DNA from: Nitrospinota bacterium
GTDB taxonomy: Bacteria > Nitrospinota_A > UBA7883 > JACRGQ01
NCBI GenBank assembly: GCA_029881495.1
Contig: JAOUMJ010000002.1
Coordinates: 2,087 to 66,086, forward strand
DNA length: 64,000 nucleotides
Reading direction: 5' to 3'
Below the pieces are notes generated by a model. It saw only the letters and a list, made by a program, of their open reading frames with translations, was not told where the DNA came from and ran no database searches. The position numbers were made by a program, and so were the translations under genes. Positions 9,535 through 16,470 of the stretch are shown in pieces (positions within the stretch are counted from its first letter, which is position 1; each line of letters starts with the position of its first letter).

Positions 9535-10425
9535 CTACCCCCTTGGATGGGCTTTCGAATGTATTTTTGAAAGCCTTTCCCGGTTGATATGTGTATAGAT
9601 CTCCGTGGTCGTAAGCGTTGAATGTCCCAGCATGGACTGCACCGACCTAAGGTCGGCGCCTCTTTCCAGCAGATGAGTTGCAAAGGAATGGCGCAGTATG
9701 TGAGGCGATACGCCTCTCCTGATCTCTGCGGTAAGCGCATATTTTTTTAACATAAGCCAGAACGTCTGGCGCGTCATCGGTTTCCCAAGCCTCGAAAGGA
9801 AGAGGGCTTTAACGGGGCGTTTCCCCTTTTCGTATAGGGGCCTGCTTTCAAGCAGATACTTTTCCAGTTTTTCAATGCTTCTCTCGCCAATAGGGATAAG
9901 CCTCTCTTTAGAACCTTTGCCGGAAACCATTATATAGCCTGCCGACAGGTTCAGGTCGGAAGTATTTATCCCGACCAGTTCCGAAACCCGGATGCCTGTG
10001 GAGTAGATCAGCTCGAGCATGGCGGAATCCCTTATTCCTTCGGCTGTTGTTTCGTCGGGCTGCTCAAGCAACCTGTCGATCTCAGACAAGTTCAGAAATT
10101 TTGGGAGTCTTTTCGTGTTTACCGGGTGTTTCATGTTCCGGGTCGGGTCGTTCTCAAACCGGTTCCGGGCAACGCCATACCTGAAAAACATCCTGAGAGA
10201 GGAGAGTTTTCTTGAAATGGAGCGGGATGTGATGTTCTGTTTTCGCAGGAGGGTCATCCACGCTGTCACATCGTGCTGATCGATATTGCCGGAAACATCC
10301 TTTCCGGAGGTTTTCAGCGACTCGATAAAAGATTCCATATCCCGCCTGTACGCATCGACGGTATTTTCGGAAAGATTTCTTTCAACTGTAAGGTGTGTGA
10401 TCCATTCATCCAGAATGGGGAGCAT
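9535..10425 (-). CDS. xerD: Site-specific tyrosine recombinase XerD
   Basis: LSENTVDAY, RDSAMLELIYSTGIRVSEL, GKGSKER, SPHILRHSFATHLL, LGHS..TTEIYTH, HPRG end. ATG overlaps the upstream TGA. Confidence 0.93.
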   Translation of the reverse strand: MLPILDEWITHLTVERNLSENTVDAYRRDMESFIESLKTSGKDVSGNIDQHDVTAWMTLLRKQNITSRSISRKLSSLRMFFRYGVARNRFENDPTRNMKHPVNTKRLPKFLNLSEIDRLLEQPDETTAEGIRDSAMLELIYSTGIRVSELVGINTSDLNLSAGYIMVSGKGSKERLIPIGERSIEKLEKYLLESRPLYEKGKRPVKALFLSRLGKPMTRQTFWLMLKKYALTAEIRRGVSPHILRHSFATHLLERGADLRSVQSMLGHSTLTTTEIYTHINRERLSKIHSKAHPRG

Positions 10426-11066
10426 CAAGCGTATCCTTCCAGCTGCCGGAGAAACGGATTATGCTCCTTTTCTTCCCCAATGGTGGTGGTTTCACCATGT
10501 CCTGGGAACACGATCGTGTCATCCGGCAAAATGAAAAGTTTTTCCTTGATGGAAGCAAGAAGCTGCATGTGGTTCCCCCCGGTAAGGTCCGAGCGTCCGA
10601 TGGAGTTAAGAAACAGGGTATCTCCTGAAATCAGGAACCCATCACCATATATGCAAATCCCTCCAGGTGTATGACCGGGGGTATGTATTATTCTGATGCT
10701 GAAATCTTCGCACAGGTCGATTATTTCGCCGTCGGAAACGGTGGCGTCGTTTTTTGGGGCCTTCTTCACCCCCAGGTAGTCCGCGATATCCTGTTGTTCC
10801 TTGCTGGTCAGCATCCAGGCATCGTCCTCGTGGCAGAGGAAGGGTATGCTGAAGTGCCGAGCCACAGCTTCAACCCCGCCGGTGTGGTCGGAATGGCAGT
10901 GGGTATTGAGGACGAGCTTTGGGATCAGTTTCCTCTCTTCCATGAATTTGATGATCCTTGCCGCACTATCCCCAGGATCAATAACAATTGCCGACAGATG
11001 TTCATCGCAATAGAGAATGACGCAGTTCACGTCTATCGGACCGACGGTAATAACTTCAATTTTCAT
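10425..11066 (-). CDS. MBL-fold metallo-hydrolase (glyoxalase II/YcbL-like)
   Basis: THCHSDH, HTPGHTPG, SGDTLF..SIGRSD, PGHG.TTIG.E..HNPF. Start moved to ATG 11066 (MKIEVI). Confidence 0.9.
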   Translation of the reverse strand: MKIEVITVGPIDVNCVILYCDEHLSAIVIDPGDSAARIIKFMEERKLIPKLVLNTHCHSDHTGGVEAVARHFSIPFLCHEDDAWMLTSKEQQDIADYLGVKKAPKNDATVSDGEIIDLCEDFSIRIIHTPGHTPGGICIYGDGFLISGDTLFLNSIGRSDLTGGNHMQLLASIKEKLFILPDDTIVFPGHGETTTIGEEKEHNPFLRQLEGYA

Positions 11067-11486
11067 AACCAGCCTTTTCTCTGAATAATTTCCGATATTG
11101 TACATCACTTGAATAGATTGAGCAGTTCCATTTATTAAATACTTTTACCTGAATTCAGTACAAGCGGACAAGCGGACAGGGTGATAAAATTTGGTGAGAG
11201 GGAAAGTATTTAGACCTGCCGGGGAGATGGAGGAGCAGGATATGTATGGCGGATCGCGATCTTCGGGTTTGTAACCCCGATATATCGCGTGCAGATGGTG
11301 CAAAATGGGCATTATGCCGAGTCATTTGCATCGCTTGTAGGCTCACGGTTGGAACAGATGGAAAAGAGCTGGAAAGATAAGTAAAATCCGGGCGTAAAAA
11401 ATCTGCTTTTTCCACTGGTTGCTTTAGGTTATTATATGTAAGTTAGAAAAAAGAACATTATCTTGAAATTTTAATAGGTGAGATTA

Positions 11487-12224
11487 ATGGGAAAAACTGC
11501 CTTAATAGTTGATGATGAGATGGAAGTGAGGCGTTGGGTCTCCAACCTGCTGACCACACAACTTGGCTTTGCAAAAACCATGGACGCTCCAAGCGGCGAA
11601 GCCGCGGTAGACCTTATAAAATCTGGCGAAAACTTTGACCTGATCTTCAGTTCGTGGGAGATGCCCAGGATGAAAGGGGATGAGCTCCTTGGCGAACTGA
11701 GGAAAATTCCTGAATCCCAGAATACGCCGTTCATCATGATGAGCTATAAAAAGGACAAGGATTCCCTTGTGAAAGCTATTCAGGCGGGAGTCAATAACTA
11801 CCTTGTAAAACCTCTCTCTGCCGGCATTTTCATGCAAAAGGTGAAAAAAACAATAAGCGACATGGAGAAGAAGGAGCTCGATTCCTTTAAAACAAAACGG
11901 AAGAATCCGGTTGATATTATTCTTGGCGATGATTTTTCCCATCCGGCCTCACTGCACAGCGTGACAAAATCAGGGTGTGTCGTTAGAGCGCCGTTGATAA
12001 AAGGGGGAGAAGTGGGGATTTACAGCCAGGTACATCTGGCAATATTCATGGATGGGATCCCTTTTAAGGTCCCTTCTGAGCTGGTAGCGCTGGAGGCGGA
12101 CAGGGTGGATTCATCAACAAGGCATTTTATAATGGTCACATTCAAATTTGGCGAACACGACCTGAAAATAGACGGAAAGATCGACAGGCTGATAAACAGC
12201 TTTTCTGCGGCAAATCAAAAATAA
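11487..12224 (+). CDS. Atypical receiver-domain protein with degenerate PilZ-like C-terminal domain
   Basis: LIVDD, DLIFSSWEMP (phospho-Asp position is Ser), YLVKP. C-terminal KRKNP...SVTKSGC with a beta-rich pattern. Confidence 0.8.
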   Translation: MGKTALIVDDEMEVRRWVSNLLTTQLGFAKTMDAPSGEAAVDLIKSGENFDLIFSSWEMPRMKGDELLGELRKIPESQNTPFIMMSYKKDKDSLVKAIQAGVNNYLVKPLSAGIFMQKVKKTISDMEKKELDSFKTKRKNPVDIILGDDFSHPASLHSVTKSGCVVRAPLIKGGEVGIYSQVHLAIFMDGIPFKVPSELVALEADRVDSSTRHFIMVTFKFGEHDLKIDGKIDRLINSFSAANQK

Positions 12225-12307
12225 CAGATACTGAAGAGTCTCCCCGTTTCCGCTAAACCAAAAAGAATCCCCCTTTTTATTCGCTGAGCCAGTTTTAAAA
12301 AGCCTTT

Positions 12308-12607
12308 TTAACCCCCTTCGGCGACTTTAATTATGGTCCTTTCGATTTCAAGCCTGTTCTCTTCGGTAACAGGGCAGACGATATGGAACTTCTGTGCTCC
12401 GGCTCCCCCAAAGGTCAGGTCAAATCCGCTTCTGGTAGTGGTGGAGATCTTCATCCTGTTCCGGCCATGGGAGTTGTTGTTTATTACATCCGGGACTATC
12501 AGCGAGATGAAAGGGAGTTTTTGAAGCTGTTCAACGTATGGCAAAGCTTCCTTGAGGATATGGTGCCTGGTCTTTACCTTGTTTACCCGATATGTATGTT
12601 TTTTCAA
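12308..12607 (-). CDS. DUF2103-like small protein
   Basis: KVKTRHHIL...IVPDVI...SGFDLTFGGAGAQKFHIV pattern resembles DUF2103; follows ddl. Confidence 0.65.
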   Translation of the reverse strand: MKKHTYRVNKVKTRHHILKEALPYVEQLQKLPFISLIVPDVINNNSHGRNRMKISTTTRSGFDLTFGGAGAQKFHIVCPVTEENRLEIERTIIKVAEGG

Positions 12608-12621
12608 GGCGTCAGGCGAAA

Positions 12622-13794
12622 TCAGTGAGCCGATTTTTTCAGGTACTCCGTCACCGCTGAAAAGCCCGAAGTACGGCGGAGCATTTTTTTTCTTCTGAAA
12701 GTCGCTTCGGCATAGCCGACAAGTTTTTCAGTAAGTTTCGGGAAAGGGATACCGCTGGCTTCCCAAAGATAGAACGAGAGCGAGCCAGGGATGGAATTCA
12801 GCTCGGTCACCGTAAGCTCTCCATTACGCCCAAGGAGGAAATCAACACGGCAACAGCCGCTGCAGTCAAGCTCCCTGAAAGTGTTTTTCGCGATATCTTT
12901 TATCTTTTTCTCAGTCTCCGCAGGGATATCTGCCGGTATCGTTCTGGCTACGTTCGACATCCCTCCCTGTCCCTTTTTCCCCCCTTTGAGGTACTTCTGT
13001 TCGTAATCGAGGAATCCCTTGCTGTAAACCTCCTCGCAAACAGAGGTGATTATCTCGGTATCGTCTCCAATAACGGCGCAATTTATCTCTCTCGGCTCCT
13101 CGACACCTTCCTCAACTATTATCTTGCGGTCGTATCGGCACGCTTCATCCAGCGCAACGGAGAGAAACTCCTCGGAGTTCACGCGTGATATTCCAACGGA
13201 CGAGCCGGATGACGCAGGCTTTACGAACACGGGGAATTTGAAATTCCCGATGATCTCCTGCTTTATCCTGTCATGGCTCTTCTCGATATCGGCCTTTAGG
13301 TAATAGCGGTATTTCACTATCGGGACGCCCGCGGATTGAAGGATACGCTTTTGAAGCACCTTGTCCATTCCCACGGCACTGCCCGCTATTCCAGCGCCTA
13401 CGTATGGGAGGTCGGCAAGCTCCAGCAACCCTTGCAGGGAGCCGTCTTCCCCTCCAACTCCGTGGATGAGAGGAAAGGCAACATCGATATTCAGTTTTTT
13501 GTCCTGGAACTTTTGAAGAAATCCCGCGTCACCATGCCTTGCAGGGTAGGGGGGGATATACATCCTGTTGAATTTTGCGATATCGCTCTTTTTGCCGGTG
13601 AATATTTCTCCATATCTTGTTACGTCCTTCAGCCTGTCGTCGCATACCCAATCGCCGTCCTGTGTAATGTAGATCGGTATAGGATCGAACTTGGAAGTAT
13701 CGAAATTTTTAAATACCTGATGGAATGTGATTATGGATATTTCGTGTTCGGTAGAAGATCCTCCGAATATCAGTCCAACGCGTTTTTTTGACAT
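12622..13794 (-). CDS. ddl: D-alanine--D-alanine ligase
   Basis: FGGSSTEHEIS, HGVGGEDGSLQG, FVKPASSGSSVG, DYEQKY, ELNSIPG. Confidence 0.95.
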   Translation of the reverse strand: MSKKRVGLIFGGSSTEHEISIITFHQVFKNFDTSKFDPIPIYITQDGDWVCDDRLKDVTRYGEIFTGKKSDIAKFNRMYIPPYPARHGDAGFLQKFQDKKLNIDVAFPLIHGVGGEDGSLQGLLELADLPYVGAGIAGSAVGMDKVLQKRILQSAGVPIVKYRYYLKADIEKSHDRIKQEIIGNFKFPVFVKPASSGSSVGISRVNSEEFLSVALDEACRYDRKIIVEEGVEEPREINCAVIGDDTEIITSVCEEVYSKGFLDYEQKYLKGGKKGQGGMSNVARTIPADIPAETEKKIKDIAKNTFRELDCSGCCRVDFLLGRNGELTVTELNSIPGSLSFYLWEASGIPFPKLTEKLVGYAEATFRRKKMLRRTSGFSAVTEYLKKSAH

Positions 13795-13881
13795 AGTGGT
13801 TAAATATACATTCTTTTACGTATTAATCAAACGGGTGGTTCAAATGATTTTATTGTCGGCGTCCAATAAGAGGTATAGAAT

Positions 13882-14271
13882 GTGCCGATGGAACTCAAGT
13901 TTATCAGCGCAAAGGATGCCCCCAAGGCTATTGGACCTTATTCACAGGCGGTCAAGGCCGGAAATACCATTTATCTGGCAGGCCAGATCCCTCTGGACCC
14001 CGCCACGATGGAACTCGTACCGGGGGGGATAAAAGAGCAGACAAAGAGGGTTCTGGACAACCTTGAAGCTGTGCTAAAGGAGGCTGGAGCCGGTTTCGGG
14101 AACGTCGTCAGGTCTACCGTATATATGAAGGACCTTTCGATGTTTGCCGATATGAACATGGTTTATGAATCAATGTTCAAGGACCACAAGCCTGCAAGAG
14201 TTACCATCCAGGTGGCGGGATTGCCGAAAGAGGCGCTTGTCGAGATAGAGGCCGTGGCGGTAATCGGCTGA
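13882..14271 (+). CDS. ridA: RidA/YjgF reactive intermediate deaminase
   Basis: APKAIGPYSQA, GQIPLDP, PARVT, LPK.ALVEIEAVA. Confidence 0.93.
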   Translation: MPMELKFISAKDAPKAIGPYSQAVKAGNTIYLAGQIPLDPATMELVPGGIKEQTKRVLDNLEAVLKEAGAGFGNVVRSTVYMKDLSMFADMNMVYESMFKDHKPARVTIQVAGLPKEALVEIEAVAVIG

Positions 14272-14316
14272 TTCGAATAAATCCCTTCTTGCAGGAAAGG
14301 TTGGGCGGAGGGGAGA

Positions 14317-14922
14317 TTACTTGTCCGGTTTTCTGAGTGTCTCCTTGTCCTGTCTGCTTTTCTGGTGCGTGGATTTCTGATGCGCAGTTTTTACCTGTTT
14401 TCCGGCATCGGGCCTGTTTGTTTTTGCCTTGCTGTCCCGGATGATGAATTTCTGGTCGATCCCGTAGAAGTAATCGGCGGAATCTATCATTATCTGTGAG
14501 CAGGTCTCAGGATAGCTCCAGACCTCGGCCTTGCACCCCCTCGATTTGATGTACCAGATAAGGGGAAGATAATCCTTGTCCCCACCGACGATGACAACTA
14601 CGTCGAGTTTTTCCGCCATTGTTACGGCATCGATTATCAGCCATGCGTCGACGTTCTTTACCGGCTGCTTTATCTCGCCTCCCTGTTCATGCCAGAACTT
14701 CTTGAAATCATCGGTTATATCCTTGTGCTGAGGCTTGTAATAGATGATCCTGGTTATCTGCCGTATTCCGCCTATCGCTTCGATAAGCTTTTTATAGTCG
14801 GTACGTCCGTTGTGGATAGTGTAACCGGACATTTCAACATTCTCAGCGTCTATGAAAATGCCGATTTTCTGGTTGATAAGGAATTTCCCTACTGTCGACT
14901 GCTCTTTTTGATACGTTACCAT
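14317..14922 (-). CDS. NYN-domain (LabA/DUF88) protein
   Basis: IFIDAEN, KNVDAWLIID, VGGDKDYLPL..YIKSRGCKAEV, ADYF. Confidence 0.85.
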   Translation of the reverse strand: MVTYQKEQSTVGKFLINQKIGIFIDAENVEMSGYTIHNGRTDYKKLIEAIGGIRQITRIIYYKPQHKDITDDFKKFWHEQGGEIKQPVKNVDAWLIIDAVTMAEKLDVVVIVGGDKDYLPLIWYIKSRGCKAEVWSYPETCSQIMIDSADYFYGIDQKFIIRDSKAKTNRPDAGKQVKTAHQKSTHQKSRQDKETLRKPDK

Positions 14923-15081
14923 CCGTGAATATTATCACGGCCTACGAAAATAAAACAAAAAATCACTCAAAATTTGTGTCATTTATTTTCTACCAACAAA
15001 ATTTGTAGCTAGTCAGGCGACTATTGATCTTCTTCATGACTAACTGCATGATATATAAGGAGATAAGCGGAAATAAATAAA

Positions 15082-15097
15082 CGGCACAATGATTGCT
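15082..15097 (+). promoter_or_regulatory. sigma54 (-24/-12) promoter
   Basis: CGGCACAATGATTGCT gives GG-N10-GC in a near-consensus YGGCAC...TTGC context. IHF-like site (revcomp TATCATGCAGTTA) at about 15041-15053. Confidence 0.7.
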
Positions 15098-15107
15098 CTA
15101 TAAGTAG

Positions 15108-15250
15108 TCAAGCGGGTAATGCCGCTAAAGTTCGGATGGCGGGGTTCCGTCCGTTAAAAAGCCCTGAACGCCTCCAACGTTTAGAACGGGTACGGAATTT
15201 CCGAAAAAGTTTATCCCCAATAAACGCCCCCCGCCCCGAACTTTGTTTTC
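15108..15250 (+). ncRNA. Candidate structured small RNA downstream of sigma54 promoter
   Basis: Hairpin 15111-15126; long closing stem 15127-15144/15229-15244; inner stems 15145-15155/15185-15197 and 15209-15214/15220-15225; T-rich tail; no credible ORF. Confidence 0.5.
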
Positions 15251-15269
15251 ACTTCCAGATTCCCGGTAT

Positions 15270-15506
15270 CTATGTTGTCTTGCGGTATCCGCCTTCGCCG
15301 TCGCGCACAAACTTTGAAAACCCTTTATCCTTGAGATTGGAGTTGGAAAGGTGATTTTTCCCATGTGAGAAGGGGGAGAGGATTCGAATTACCCGATCTT
15401 GGCATACGGGGCAGAAATCAAGAGGTTTTTCAGCTAGAGTAATGAATTCAAATGGATCCCTGCATTTTGTAGTTTTATCGACATGTTTATATTCAAATAT
15501 CGGCAT
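15270..15506 (-). CDS. FmdB-family zinc-ribbon protein
   Basis: MPIFEY...C..PFE...CPVC...RILS pattern; the first Cys position is His. Confidence 0.8.
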   Translation of the reverse strand: MPIFEYKHVDKTTKCRDPFEFITLAEKPLDFCPVCQDRVIRILSPFSHGKNHLSNSNLKDKGFSKFVRDGEGGYRKTT

Positions 15507-15575
15507 CTTTTTACCTTTCAGGCTGTATTCTATATGTATTAATTTGGAAAAAATTAAAAAAGATCATTTTTTAGC

Positions 15576-15602
15576 TAAACTTTTACAAATTTGTGCCGAA
15601 AG
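15576..15602 (+). promoter_or_regulatory. sigma28 (FliA) promoter
   Basis: TAAA-N15-GCCGAAAA (consensus TAAA-N15-GCCGATAA), 38 nt before ATG 15641. Confidence 0.7.
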
Positions 15603-15640
15603 GACTATTAGGATAGTTTTTTTTAAAGAGGACAGGTGTT

Positions 15641-15865
15641 ATGCAAGTAGATATTAAGAGGCCGGGAACAGGAAGTATTAAACCTCCATCACAGAGCAGC
15701 GGTATAAATCCTGGAAAGGCGGCGGGGCGATTGAAATCGATGGCTTCCAATGTGCTCAGGAGCTCGAAGCAGGTCGAATCGCACGTTGCGCAGGAGACGC
15801 AGAAGAATGTTCAGGCCGGCAAAAATCCGAAAACTATAAAAGGCGGTATTGATCTAAAGGCTTAG
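15641..15865 (+). CDS. Small hypothetical protein (74 aa), probably sigma28-dependent, ending GGIDLKA
   Basis: GAGGA/AGGT RBS, sigma28 promoter upstream, G-x-x-D-x-x-A C-terminus. Confidence 0.7.
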   Translation: MQVDIKRPGTGSIKPPSQSSGINPGKAAGRLKSMASNVLRSSKQVESHVAQETQKNVQAGKNPKTIKGGIDLKA

Positions 15866-15969
15866 TCCTTTCCGCCCGTTTCAGGATTTTTGCACGCTAC
15901 GAATCGCGGATGCCGTGCGCGCATCCCCAAGACAGGAAGAGAGGCTTGCTCCCTACGCCCCCCCCAAAA

Positions 15970-16126
15970 AAATATGGGAGGGATCTAACCCCAGAAAATA
16001 AGGCCCGGTATGTAAGGTGTGACCATATTCTTGTGATAGGGGAGTATCCTTATGGCGAAACCGTGAAGCCCCGCGCTGTCGCAAGGTATCGGCCCTTTGA
16101 AATGGTAGCTCCCTTTCTCGATTTCC
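15970..16126 (-). pseudogene. Displaced duplicate of glgP 3' end (last 46 codons + stop + 3' flank); direct repeat copy 1
   Basis: 157 bp identical to 19386-19542 except 2 substitutions (one synonymous Arg, one Ser/Pro). Confidence 0.92.
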
Positions 16127-16470
16127 AGGAAGCTCTTGTAAAGCGCCAACAGGCATGGGGGACGTATCGGCTCCATGATCCCTCTGGCGCTTGAAGTGCG
16201 CGCTCACGACATGTTTTTAGGCTGTATTCCGAAAAAATCCAATTGCATATTTTAATTACAATTTTATGAAAATAAACTCATATTTACAGGTAATTAAATA
16301 AATACAAAGCTCTCCATCGTAATAAAAATATGCCGTTTTATTTATTTTGTTTGCTACCAGAAATAGGTATATTAATATAATATCGTGCCTATATTAATAC
16401 AGATGTAATGCGTAGTTAATTTATGTGTGACATTTGAGCTAATCAGTTCATTTTAATTTGGGGGTATTTT

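Noticed and set aside
9535..10425. Tyrosine recombinase as the cassette's integrase
   Set aside because: It has chromosomal XerD signatures, sits in a housekeeping operon 5.5 kb away, and I found no dif-like site at the repeat ends.
11155..11415. 86-aa minus-strand ORF
   Set aside because: No recognisable motif or RBS; composition looks non-coding.
15125..15364. 72-aa and 79-aa ORFs over the candidate sRNA
   Set aside because: No RBS, one start is buried in a strong stem, and both overlap the FmdB-like gene.
15910..16207. ORFs of 94, 84 and 63 aa
   Set aside because: Products of the duplicated glgP fragment with non-coding flanks; no RBS-supported start.
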